Source: Centroscyllium fabricii
Taxonomy: Eukaryota
Reading direction: 5' to 3'
DNA: 64,000 bases
NCBI GenBank assembly: GCA_051313645.2
Contig: JBNRSN020000005.1
Span: forward strand, 167,958,001 to 168,022,000
Below the pieces are notes generated by a model, which saw only the letters and a program-made list of their open reading frames with translations, did no database searches and had not been told where the DNA came from. Of this stretch, positions 24,911 through 37,075 are shown one piece after another. The position numbers and the translations under genes are program-made. The number at the start of each line of letters is the position of its first letter. The stretch's first letter is position 1.

Positions 24911-26345
24911 TGTAGCCCAGTCAATCCGTTCCGTGAATTGAGGGGGCCCTGAGTTCTTTAACTCCATCTTTCGTTAATGAATCTTGGATCCTTTATAACT
25001 ACAATTCCAGTAAATTTGAATACAATGAGCAAACACTCTTCAGTCTCATACTTTCAAGACTAAAGATTAACCTCTACAACAATTAACACTCAGAAACTAT
25101 TTTAACAATTAAAACAGTAACTTGTAAATTTATTTGCAAGGTAAAATATTCAACAGTCAAAGTAAACCTTAGCACATTTCTAACTTTCTGTCTTTAACCA
25201 AGAATTTAGAGTTACAGCATTCAGTTACCTTAATCTCTTTTCAGTCAATGAGTTAAAATAATTTAGATTTTACGTTACATCAATGAACTCACACACCTTG
25301 TGCCCATTGATATCAACTATACTCTAAGCCGGCAGATTGAATTTACAAAATGGAAAAGCGTAGCAGGCCTGTTAAGTTGCTTGCAGACTTTGTAACTCAA
25401 AAAGGTTCTTCACCCTCATTAGAGCAATAAACAATCAATAGATCTTGGACCAGGAACAAACAATCAGCGGCTTGGCCTTTCACGAAATGTTGAGTAAATC
25501 TAGCGTAGCCAGAGGAGTTTTTTGAGCTGTCTCCAGGTCACTCAAAACGCTATCTGGTTATAATGGTTCATTCCGCTCAGGAATATTCTGAACCAAGCTA
25601 CTGCCCCAAGCTCCACGAGTATTTTACAGCCTCAGTCAGCCCACATCACTGCTTAAACTCTGTTAACTAGTCGAACATCTTCTCACGAGTTATCGGTATT
25701 AAACTTTGGTTCAAAGCCCTCTATAATCTCGTTAAAGCATATTCCCCAGACCAGTTATGGCTTAAAGGAGTCCACTGCTCTCCAACTCCTTCCCCCTTCT
25801 CTCTCAATGGTATACTGCCTCTCCGGGCTTCTGCCGCTCTGGGGTTCGCTCTGTGCCACTCAGAGGTAGCCCAGTGGCTCCAGGAAGACTGCTGAGCATT
25901 ACACAGCCCTCTATCCGACGACTGCTACTCACGGCTTAGGAAAACTGCTGAGCATTACACAGCCCTCTATCCGACGACTGCTACTCACGGCTTAGGAAGA
26001 CTGCTGAGCATTACACAGCCCTCTATCCGAGGACTGCTACTCACAGCTTCCAGCTCTGCTCCCTTACCCAGACTCCAAAAAGCTCCTTTTTTCCATCAGC
26101 CTATGCTCCAAAAAGCTCCTTCTTCTCTCCTGCCCAGACTCCAGACTCCAGACTCCAGACTCCAACCTCCTCTGGCAGACTCCAACTTAAACTGCCTGTT
26201 TTATACTCCTCTCCTGGGGTCATGTGACCCCTTTTTGCACTCCTGTTTTAATTATCAACAGCTGCTGGCTCTGGGCTGTTTGTGTCTGTGTCTCCCAGGT
26301 CCTAAAGTCCACCCCCTTAATAGCCCAATTATTCACAGGGCTACA
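24911..26345 (-). mobile_element. 1435-bp solo LTR (ERV/Gypsy-like) inserted in the 3' LTR of copy 1
   Basis: Termini tgtagccc...gggctaca; 4-bp TSD tgta; no ORF; minus-strand TATA-like gagtataaaac near 26200 (strand tentative). Confidence 0.8.
25882..26049. repeat. 3 x 56-bp tandem repeat inside the solo LTR
   Basis: aggaagactgctgagcattacacagccctctatccgacgactgctactcacggctt starting at 25882, 25938 and 25994. Confidence 0.95.
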
Positions 26346-27526
26346 TGTATATTTACCACTGCATTATTGTTGCCAACAATTGGCTGTGTGTGATACACAG
26401 CCTGTAACACTGTCGTGGAGCCAGGTCAGCCACACCTGTAACTCCGCCCCCAGGTGAGGCCTTTATAGGTGAGGACTGACCGAGGCTCCCTCATTCTGTT
26501 CTGATGTTCGTTCGGAGGGTAGCTCCAAAGTAAGTTATTTAAAGCCTATAGTTACGGTAACTACTCGTCTAGTCTTTTATTAAGAGATATTGACGATACG
26601 TCACAGGGGGATTTTCCAGGAGACTGATGACCCGGGAGGCTGTGGAGCTGCTGAGGGCGGAGACCATGTACAAAAATTTGGTCTGGTCTACCACGGTGTC
26701 TCGCAGGGCAAACTGGGCCTCAATTCTACAAACAACGCGGGCGCCTGCTGCTCCCAGAATTGCGGCAGTTTCAGGGCTACAACGTTTGCTGCCATCTTGC
26801 TGGAATAGTCAGTGAAAACGTTTACCAGACTCGGGATCACCACTGTAGAAATCACGGATTTCTAACAAAACGAGGTCCATACAGAGGAACGATTCAAAAA
26901 CAGGTCTTTGCTCACTGCCAAAGTCGAAGGGACTGCTTGGGCAGCCCCGTGCCCAATGTGATGACATCACGTTGGCCCGCGTTTTCCCACACTCTTAAAG
27001 GGGCCAATACATGTACAGTACAGAATGTCCGGCTTGTGTTGGGACTTTGTTAAAGTGAATTATATGCAGCTAAATGATATACAGATAGACTGTGGACCTG
27101 CCACATTGTTTCTATAGGGCAGCATTATTTCACAGTAAACCATTGCACATTAAATTCTGGACATGTTATACAATTGCATCATGAATGTATGGTCATCAGC
27201 ATATATCAACTGAAGGCTGCATCCTGGCTGTCGATGTCTGTCGCCTTATCCATTGCCAAAATCGTCCCCAGAAAAAGGTGTTGTTAAAGATAGTATTATT
27301 CCTCATAACAGTGAAAAATGGTGGAAGTGATTCAATGAAAACTACCTTGACTTGCATAAATGTATTGCATGGACATTTGCGGATTCAATCCTTGGTCTAT
27401 GCTAAGCTAGTTGATTTTTCTCAGGGAAACAGTAAAGACACACAATTGGCTGTGGTGTTTCTGAGCTAGAGGACAACATCAACCAGTATTCCCATTCCTA
27501 ATGTCCGACATTACAACAGTGATTAC

Positions 27527-28760
27527 GGGGGTGATTTTGCCGCAAGGGCGGGAACCTGGTGGGGATTGGTCTGGGCCGCCTCCGGCCCCGCCCGCCCAAA
27601 CAGCTGGGAAGGCCACGCAATTTCAGTTTAATTAGGTTGTTAAATCCCCATCGGGACAGCGGGAGGTAATTAGGTCAATCGAGTCAGGCTACAGCGGGGC
27701 TGTGAGCATAGAAACATAGAAGATAGGAGCAGGAGTTGGCCATTTGGCCCTTCGAGCCTGCCCCGCCATTCAATGAGATCATGGCTGATCATCCAAACCC
27801 AGTACCCAGTCCCTGCCTTGTCCCCATATCCCTCTCGAGCCTGCACTGACACATATCCCACCCTATCCCTGTAACCCCACATATTCAATCCCCCTAACAC
27901 TAAGGGTCAATTTATCCTGGCCAATCAACCTAACCCGCACATCTTTGGACTGGGAGTAAACCGGAGCACACGGAGGAAACCCACGCAGACACGGGGAGAA
28001 TGTGCAAACTCCACACAGATAGTACCCGAGGCTGGATTTGAACCCGGGTCTCTAGTGCTGTAAGGCAACAGTGCTAACCACTATGCCACCGTGCCGCCCA
28101 CCAAGCAGTTTGATTGACAGTTCCAGCACTGGTTGTTGTCAGTTCCCATGGAAACACTCCACTGTGACATCACAGTGTTTGTGTGCAGCCAATGGGAAAG
28201 GCCAAGTGCTGGTGACTGACAGGTGGGTGGGCGGGCTCAGAATCCCTCACAACTCACAGCGGCTGTCAAGAACTGTGCAGAATTGAGATTTCTTAGTTTC
28301 TGCTCACAGCTGCTGCTGCAGCCAGAATGGAGTTACTTACTCCTCTAAGGTGCTGGAGGCATGCCAAGCATTTGGCAGCATGTCCTTCACACCTTGAAGG
28401 AGAAAGTTATAAATGCAAGAAGTCACACAACACCAGGTTATAGTCCAACAGTAATAACCAGCGCTGTGCTCCTGCTGGGTTTCACCCAGCAGGGTTTAAG
28501 GTGACAGGGTTAGGTCGGGAAACAGATCAAAATGGCTGAGGGCCCTTAAAATGGCATTAAAGATGCCAATTAAGGGCCCTTAACGAGCTAACATCCTATC
28601 ATCGGCGGTCACGGTGGGAAGGTTTCGGGGCGGGGAATCTGGGCGGGGGAAAATGAGAACGGCGGGGATACGGTGGGGAGGGGCGGGACCCGCCAGTTGC
28701 GCTATTTTGCCGGTCGGGCCGCCGAAAACCCCGCCTCACGGGGACATGAAAATCCCCCCC
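27527..28760 (+). mobile_element. PIF/Harbinger-like MITE with an inserted HE1-like SINE
   Basis: TIR gggggtgatttt/aaaatccccccc; 3-bp TSD tac; interrupts a Deu-SINE fragment. Confidence 0.85.
27707..28095 (-). mobile_element. HE1-like V-SINE
   Basis: Closely similar to 17906-18290. Confidence 0.85.
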
Positions 28761-28925
28761 TACATTTCAAAAGTACTTCACTGGCTGTAAATTGCTTTGG
28801 GATGTCCTGAGGTCGTGACAGGTACTATAAAAATGCAAGTTCTTTCTTTGCTTAATCACTGTAACTGTGACCCTTGCTGGAAAGTGTGCAAATGTGAACA
28901 TTGATTATTATTGACATTGGGGTCA

Positions 28926-29365
28926 GCCGCAGTGTCAGCTCTGGAGCAATTGGTGGCATCCTCGCCTCTGCGTTGAAAGGTTGTGAGTTCATAGTCCCAC
29001 TCCAGAGACTTGAGCAGAAAAATCTAGGCTGAGACTCCACTGCAGTGCTCAGGGAGTGCTGCACTGTTGGAGGTGCCACCTTTCAGATGAGATGTTAAAC
29101 CGAGGTCCCATCTGCTCTCTCAGGTGGATGTAAAAGTTATCCCCGGTATCCTGGCCAATATTTATCCTTCAGTTAACATCACTAAAAAGCAGATTATCTG
29201 GTCATTATCACATTGCTGTTTATGGGAGCTTGCTGTGTGCAAATTCACAACCGCGTTTCCTACATTACAACAGCGACTGCACTTCAAAAAGTACTTAATT
29301 GGCTGTAAAGCGCTTTTTTCCTACATCCAGTGGTTGTGAAAAGCACTATATAAATGTAAGTCTCT
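28926..29365 (+). mobile_element. Deu-type SINE
   Basis: Homologous to 3988-4947; tail gcactatataaatgtaagtc. Confidence 0.8.
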
Positions 29366-29786
29366 CTACATACATCGCTCCTGATTTTCATTTCCATCTG
29401 GAGAAACATATAACAGGTTGATCCAAAAGTCAAAATTACCCCCATTGAGTGAGGGCAGGGTAGGACTAAGGACTAAGACTAGCCTGCAAACACACACAGT
29501 CTAAATTCACATGTGAATAATGGGTACTTGGGCAAAATGCTGGAGCGGTATGTACAAGTTTTGGAATCATGAGTCTCTCATCACTGAAACGAAAGGTAGA
29601 AAATTGGAGGGGAAAATGTAATACTAAGAAAACAATCTCATGGCAGGGTTCGATGACAATATCTCACCACCTGGACTCTTCAACAAGGTTACTTGCTGTA
29701 ATTATTTCCACCCAGCATTTATAATTGTCATTGAATTTTTGCTATCTAAAATAAAGTATAGGAATTCCATGAAAGTGTTTAGTGTG

Positions 29787-29968
29787 AATCATAGAATAAT
29801 AGAATCCCTACAGTGCAGAGGCCATTTCGGCCTATCGAGCCTGCACCGACACATATCCCACCCTATCCCCGTAACCCCACATATTCAATCCCCCTAACAC
29901 TAAGGGTCAATTTATCCTGGCCAATCAACCTAACCCACACATCTTTGGACTGTGGGAGGAAACCGGAT
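29787..29968 (-). mobile_element. HE1-like SINE 3' fragment
   Basis: taagggtcaatttatcctggccaatcaacctaacc...tgtgggaggaaaccgg. Confidence 0.8.
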
Positions 29969-31112
29969 TGAACAATGATTTGCCTTTCTTTTGCACTTGA
30001 AGCATGGTTGAAAAAAATGTGAAAATTGTATCCCATTGATATTCCTCAGTAGATTATAGATTTGTTGATGTCTTTAATTGAATTAGAGATTATGACATGT
30101 TTTTCAATTTCTTAAGAACTGTCTAATTTTGAGATTTGTTTTAACAATATATCTCAATAAAAGCTGTATAATTGTAACATGATTATAGGCCAAATGGGAT
30201 TAAAGATACCAATTGACTATATTGAGTTAATTGCAATAAGAGCTCGCTGCTCAACTCTATTGCAAGGTGAATCATCCTCAGTTTGAAATAAGGATGACTT
30301 AAAAAGGATCTCAAATTAAATTTTGCTTCAATTACTTAATATTTTTTAATATTTCAGAGCACAAATATTGAAAAACAACTCAAAGTGAATTCGGAGAGAT
30401 CTTAGCCTAATTAATGAGTGCACTTCAATCATCATCCGCTAAAGCTGCAAAGCTTAACATTGTAAACTGACTGAAGAACCGAATGTGACTCCGTCTTCTT
30501 GACCATATGTGCCATGCATACTCGCAATAGGCAGGCCACCAAAAGAGTAAAATCTTCTTGAAAGCAAAGATCAATGTAATGCTATATCCTCTCTAACTGT
30601 TTCCTGTTCCTGTCTTATATTATAATGTTATGCTTCATTTATTATAATACACATGAATGATCTCCAAAAGACACTTCCTACCGTTCAAGCATGCATGGAA
30701 TTCATTCTACAAGTTCCTATGTTTAGAATAACTAACCCAAATTATTATTTACGCGTACAGGAAACAGGAAGAGTAACATGAAATATTTATCATTGTTAAA
30801 ATAACTGCCACTGCATTTTACTCACAATGTATGGGAGCAGACACTGAATATGTGAAGATCAGTAAAATTAGTGCTTTTAGACTGACGAGCTGCAGATAAA
30901 GTGAAGCTTATTGAGCAGCCAGCACTCTTCATGAAAGCAGGACTTAAAGGAGAAATATATTCTGCAAATAGCTGTGTACGCTAAAAACTATAATGGGAGA
31001 TAGCTGGACACAAAGCCCTCAACTGCCTCTTGTTGTCTCATTTTATGGTTTACAATTGCTGCTTTGACAATAACCTGACTTAAAAATGCACATTACAAAA
31101 AATAAAATGATT

Positions 31113-31955
31113 GAAACATAGAAACATAGAAACATAGAAGATAGGAGCAGGAGTAGGCCCTTCGAGCCTGCTCCGCCATTCAATGAGATCATGGCTGATC
31201 TTTGGCTGAGATCATGGCTGATCTTTCCAGTTCAGTACCCCGTCCCCGCCTTCTCTCCGTAACCCTTAATCCCTTTAGCCTGAAGAAATATATCCAATTC
31301 CCTCTTAAATATATTTAATGAATTGGCCTCCACTGCCCTCTGTGGCAAGGAATTCCACAGGCTCACCACTCTCTGGGTGAAGAAATTCTTCCTCATATCT
31401 GTCCTAAATGGTTTACCCCTTATCCTTAGACTGTGGCCCCTGGTTCTGGACTCCCCCGCCATTGGAAACATTGTTTCTGAATTTAACCTGTCCAGGCCTG
31501 TCAGAATTTTATATGTTTCGATGAGATCCCCTCTCAATCTTCTAAACTCCAGCGAGTACAAGCCCAAACTACACAATCTCTCCTCATAGGTCATTCCTGC
31601 CATTCCAGGTATCATCCTGGTGAATCGCCGCTGCACTCCTTCCATGGCAAGAACATCCTTCCTCAGATGAGGCGACCAAAACTGTACACAATACTCATGG
31701 TGTGGTCTCACCAATGCCTTGTACAACTGTAGTAAGGTATCCTTATTCCTGTACTCGAACCCTCTTGATATGAAGGCCAACATACCATTTGCCTTCTTAA
31801 CTGCCTGTTGTACCTGCATGCTCGCCTTCAGTGACTGGTGCACAAGAACACCCAGGTCTCTCTGCACTTCCCCATCTCCCAATCTATTGCCATATAAATA
31901 ATAATCTGCCCTCCTATTTTTGCCCCCAAAGTGGATAACCTCACATTTATCCACA
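31113..31955 (-). mobile_element. CR1/HER1-like LINE 3' fragment (open ORF2 C-terminus 31232-31954)
   Basis: DKCEVIHFG...RDLGVLV...EYCVQFWSP...RRLRGDLIE; (tttctatg)n tail. Confidence 0.92.
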
Positions 31956-32168
31956 AAAGTGTTATTTATCTCCGAATCACGATTTCTGCTCTCCCTTCAT
32001 TCAAGAATTTCGGTGAGCTGGTTTAATTTTAACAAATTGCCATCATTGCAGGGGCAAAGACCAGACCCCAAGGGAGGATTTGAGGAAATTGCCTTTGAAA
32101 GACTATTTTACGTAAGGTTTAGTGAAATGCACGGAACTTTTATAAGCATTAAACGTGCAAAGCAACAA

Positions 32169-32250
32169 CGACGAGAATGGGATTCGAACCCACGCGTGCA
32201 GCGCACAACCGATTAGCAGTCCATCACCCTAACCTCTCGACCACCAATTG
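32169..32250 (-). tRNA. tRNA-Ser(GCT) pseudogene
   Basis: ggtggtcgagaggttagggtgatggactGCTaatcggttgtgcgctgcacgcgtgggttcgaatcccattctcgtcg; long variable arm; 5' acceptor strand reads caatt instead of GACGA; anticodon stem mismatched; no CCA. Confidence 0.85.
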
Positions 32251-32728
32251 AAGTTGGCTGTTGGAGTCAAAACCTGGCTATATAAGAAAGAGATGGGACA
32301 AATAATGTGTACAGAGATTTTAGATAATTTACTGCCGATGGTTCATCTGCAACTGAAATCCACTTGAGAAAGTCTCAGAGAAAAACTATTGTGAATAAAT
32401 CAGCTCAAAATCATGTTCACATCTGTGTTTCTTTATGAGTTTAAGACCAATAGGATCAGGATGCTGAATCCTTTGTGAAGAGTTCTTTTAGTTATATTGA
32501 TGTAGGAGACACAACAGCATGATTTGCTGATTCGAATGCTGGTTAAAATATATGTGCACACAATTAAACTGTAAATGATGTGCACAGTTTAAAATTTATA
32601 TTAGCAGGCAAGTCTGTGTTCAACAAACAGGAGAGTATGGATGCGGCTGAAATCTCAGCACTTCATCTGAAACCCATGCAGATGTTGAATCAGCTTCTCA
32701 TGTACCCTAACTCAAGAGTGAACTAGAA

Positions 32729-33365
32729 GGGGTAAAAATTCATCTCGGGTGATGGCGCAAAGTGGACGGTATCGGATAGGTGGCCCATTATGCACAGCAC
32801 CAGATATTCAGTTCTGTTGACTGTAATGGAACTAAATATCAGGTGCTGCATATAACTGCGGCCGATTAGGTCAGTTGGGTCGATTGGGCTTATATTCGCT
32901 AGAGTTTAGAAGAATGAGAGGGGATCTCATTGAAACTTATAAAATTCTAACAGGACTAGACAGACTAGATGCAGGAAAGATGTTCCCGATGGCCGGGGAG
33001 TCCAGAACCAGGGGTCACAGTCGAAGGATACGGGGTGAGCCATTTAGGACAGAGATGAGGAGGAGTTTGTTCACCCAGAGAGTGGTGAACCTGTGCAATT
33101 CTCTACCACGCAAGGCAGTTGAGGCCAATTCATTAAATAAATTCAAGAAGGAGTTAGATATATTTCTTAAGGCTAAAGGGATCAAGGGATATGGGGAGAA
33201 AGCAGGGACAGGGTACTGAATTTGGATGATCAGCCATGATCTCATTAAATGGCGGAACAGGTTCGAAGGGCCGAGGGGCTGAATGGTCTACTCCTGCTCC
33301 TATCTTCTATGTTTCTATCCGATCCCGCCCATTTTTCGCCACCGCCCAAGGCGAATTTCTACCCC
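32729..33365. mobile_element. Harbinger-like MITE interrupted by a CR1 3' fragment (~32870-33317, +)
   Basis: TIR ggggtaaaaattc/gaatttctacccc; CR1 ORF 32875-33219 LGLYSLEFRRMRGDLIE. Confidence 0.75.
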
Positions 33366-34767
33366 AAAGTGTTTTAGTTGAGAAATATCCACAAATACGT
33401 GTTACATGTTGCCATTCAACTCTGTATGAGTTTACTCCTTAGAACGTTGGATAGTGTGTCATAACAGCTACTGGCAACTTTTCATTAAATTTTATGTTTG
33501 GAATTTTCAAGCAAATTTAAATTATTAACGTCTTAAAAGGTGTTAAGGAAAATGGAAATAAAGACTTGTGTGGTTTATTTGACAAATTCTCTCCTTATTT
33601 TTTGATGTAATATAACTGTATAACTTTAACATAACTATGGCGGGTTTATTTGTGTTTTCCCCACACATGGTTGGCAGCATTTAAAGAAACAAATCGTTAT
33701 TTTGACTCTTTCCTGTATTTATTTTTTTTAATTCTTTTCCCTTTTTCCCCTTATTGACCTTTTTTTTTATCAGCGCTGTTACCAGCTGCATTAAATTACC
33801 TTGTGAGTTTGGGGAGAGCTGTCTCTGTGTCACATGACAGAGCTGTAAATGCCTCCCGAGTTTTATGGGCTGTGACTAAGATCAGACAGTATATAAGAAT
33901 TGAAGTTACTGAGCTGACAAGTTAATGTTCACAGATAGAAACACAGCACAGAAATAAATAACTGGAAGGGATTAAAAAAACAGCAAAATATGCCGAACAA
34001 AAACACTGTAAAAGACGCAGATTACTACACTTTGGGGCCATTAAAACAGTTTAATAGAGTTCAGTACCGGAGATAAATGGCATTAAGGCCTGGATTTTCA
34101 TGCCGCCAGAACTGTAAGCACCAGCATTTGTGTGATCTTTATTATGTTGATAGCATTAAAAGGAGAGCTGCCACTGGGTTTAAGACTTTGCTCTATCCCC
34201 CTATACCTTTAATGCGGGGCTTCCTGTATGGAAATACGTGTTTTCAATCTTATTGCTGGCAGGATACCCAATTACACCTTTCTATAAGGTTGGCACCAGT
34301 CCCTGCCATGGTGTTTAAAAAAACAATCCTTCCACCATCCCTACCCTCTGCTGAACATGCATTCCAATGCTGTCTTCCAGTGACAAGGGGGGAATTTTCC
34401 GAGCCCTGTGAGGCGAGTATGGAGGCGGGACTGCTGGGAAAATGGCAGAAACTGGGAGCGGGTACCGACCCAGCTCCCAACCCGCCTTCGTACCATCTTC
34501 CCGGGAGGCTGTGCAGGGATTCGTCTTCTCAAGGCGAGAAGGGGATTAGTGCCAATTAACTGCCTGTTAACAGGTAGTTAACAGGCAGTTTTGATGCTTA
34601 TCCCCATTTTACCCCTGCAAATGCAGTATTGCCGATGGCTGCAAACCTCACCAGGGTTAGCGAGGCCAGCAGTGGGTCTGTGGGGCTGAGAGGGATCAAA
34701 AAGTCTGCTGTAGCGGTGAGTATGGAGAGGTAATTATGAGAGGTAAGTGTAAAGTGTTAGAGTCATA

Positions 34768-35847
34768 GGGCGTGAAATTGGCACCTTAGTACCGGCCGAT
34801 TAGCGTCAGAAAATGGGCGCAGGAGGGTTTTGCGCTGTGCGCAAAAAATTTAGCGCCGGGCGCTAAATTGTCCACCCGACTAGCACCAGTGCTACCTGTT
34901 AGCGCACGCCAATTTGCAATCGGCAATCGTTGTGCAAATCAGGGTGCAACTCCCGCCCGCTGAGCTGCGCCCGATATTCACCATTGCGGTAGTCCCCCCG
35001 GCGCAGCGCTGTCAGCGCCAGCATTGGCAAGCACTGCTGAGGGTCTCAGTAGCCGCTGCAGTGCTGCTAAAAGGGCGACCCTCCCTTTCCTCGGTTGCCT
35101 CTTCGGCCCGAGATCGGCCAGTCGCTGAGGGAGTGGGGTCAGCCCGAGATCAGCCAGATGCTGTGGGAGTGGGGGTCAGCCCAAGATCGGCCAGATGCTG
35201 CAGGAGGGGGGGTCAGCCCGAGATCGGCCAGATGCTGCAGGAGGTGGGGTCAGCCCGAGATCGGCCAGATGCTGTGGGAGGGGGTCAGCCCGAGATCGGG
35301 CAAATGCTGCGGGAGGGGTGTCAGCCCGAGATCGGGCAGATGGTGAGGGGGGTCGGGCAGCCCGAGATCAGGCAGATGATGAGGGGGGTCCGGTGACCCG
35401 AGATCGGGCAGATGATGAGGGGGGATCGGGCGAGATCGGGCAGATGATGAGGGGGGTCAGGTGGCCCGAGATCGGGCAGATGATGAGGGGGGTCGGGCGG
35501 CCCAAGATCGGGCAGATGATGAGGGGCGTTAGCAGAGATTGGGGCGATGATGAGGGAGGGGTGCTGACACATCATGCACTGCTTCCCCTACCCCCTTTAA
35601 GACCTATCCAGCTCCAGAGTTCATGGGAAAGCAAGGAGCTGCTGAAGGAGCGCTGCACCCGCGATCGGCAATTAGTGCCACGATATTGGGCGTTTGCACT
35701 CGTGCAATGCTAGATTTAGTGCCGCAATCTGCAAGGCCGGCACAGAAGTGAATATCGGGCACCCCGGCGCTAATTTAACGGCGGCGCTAATTTTAGCGCT
35801 CCGCCTATTTTAGCGCCCCAAATCGTGCGCTCACGAATTTCATGCCC
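34768..35847. mobile_element. Harbinger-like MITE with internal G-rich minisatellite
   Basis: TIR gggcgtgaaatt/aatttcatgccc; 3-bp TSD ata; many (t)agcgc subterminal motifs. Confidence 0.8.
35105..35560. repeat. ~32-36-bp G-rich minisatellite
   Basis: About 13 units of cccgagatcgg(c/g)cagatg...gggggtc. Confidence 0.9.
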
Positions 35848-36849
35848 ATAGAGTCATATAGAGTAATAAAACACGGAAAGAGGCCCTTCGGCTCATTGTG
35901 TCCGCGCCGGCCATCAAACCCGTTGGAAAAAGTTTCCTTATCTTTGCTTCTTCTTGTTGCTTCAACCCTTGGGGATCCGGAGGTGCCTCTTCTCAATGGC
36001 AGAGATGACATAATGGCTGCTGCATTCTCAGATGCAGGAGCCATCTGATTTCAGCTGAGGAGAGAGGTTTTAGTGAGCCTTCAGTGTAAAGGATGACCTT
36101 AGAACAGAGATTGTCAGTGTATGACAGTTTCTCAAAGCAGTCAACTGCTGACAATTCATCTGTCAAAATGTTTTTGACAGATGAAGCATCAAACGCTGAT
36201 GTCCTCTGTCACCGGCTTTCACTTAATCAGCCGGTGAGCCCACCGGGTGGGCTTAACAAGGTCAATCAAGGGAAAACAGTGTGGGTTGGTCAGCCGTCAA
36301 GGGGGCGGGACTGAAACCCGAAAACCAGCAGTCCCATCCCCATTGACAAAATCCAGCCTGATCAGTGGGGAGCAAAACAATCATTGTTTTTTTAAATGTT
36401 TCACTCTCTTAACACTAAAGGGGAAAACATTCAGTTGGTTTGCGCCTCCCATTAGCGCCTTAAGTGGGTGCTAATGGGGTACAAAGCATCTAGCGCCCAT
36501 GCATGGTGATGTTTGCGCTGCTCACAAAATTAACTAGACATTTTGTGGTGGCGCTAAACACTACAGCCACGATCTCCTGCGCCAGCAGATTGTGACGTCA
36601 GTTGAGTGTGCAACATTCCGGTAGTGCCCTGGACCAGACACTGAGTAGCGCACCCTGCCTTACTGCCTGACGTTAGCAATGACAGGTTGAGCGGAGCATT
36701 TTGCATTTAGGAAGGGACTGGGGGGAGTGCTATTTAAAGGTGCTCTTTATTGACTCCATTGTGTATTAAATGATTTTCAGTTGTGGCTGCTGGATTCTTC
36801 AGACAACATTCTCAAAATTGAGGCAAGCACTTCTGATGGCCACTGTAAA

Positions 36850-37075
36850 CATTGGAACCGAAGGAGGTCATTCGGCACCTCGAGCCTGCTCTGCCATTCA
36901 GTTCGATCATGGCTGATCTTCTACCTGAACTCGAATTTCCCGCCTTTGTTCTGTATCCATTGATACCATTACCTAACAAAAATCTATCGATCTCGGTCTT
37001 GAAAATTTCAATTGACAGACTTTTGGGAGAGATTTTCAGATTTCTACTACCCTTTGTGTGACAAAGTGCTTCCTG
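36850..37075 (-). mobile_element. CR1 3' fragment
   Basis: ggtcattcggcacctcgagcctgctctgccattca...atcatggctgatc. Confidence 0.7.

Larger units (their letters stand above)
20381..26603 (+). mobile_element. Full-length Gypsy element lacking a tRNA PBS (copy 1)
   Basis: 5' LTR 20381-20655; 3' LTR 24890-26603 split by a solo LTR; 5-bp TSD caggg; PPT-like caagaagaggtgaa. Confidence 0.95.
15731..27105 (-). mobile_element. CsRn1-like Gypsy element hosting two SINEs and a nested Gypsy
   Basis: LTRs at 15731-16036 and 26844-27105; 4-bp TSD ttgt; PBS tggtgatcccga (tRNA-Trp-like); PPT ttctggggggc. Confidence 0.92.
34387..36358. mobile_element. Composite of nested Harbinger-like MITEs and a CR1 tail
   Basis: TIR-like ends gggggaattttcc ... 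aaaatccagcc; outer boundaries uncertain. Confidence 0.45.

Noticed and set aside
25882-26049. 56-bp repeats as a CRISPR array
   Set aside because: Head-to-tail repeats with no spacers, no cas genes, and located inside a eukaryotic LTR
34914-35713. 160-172-aa repetitive ORFs
   Set aside because: Translations of the MITE minisatellite
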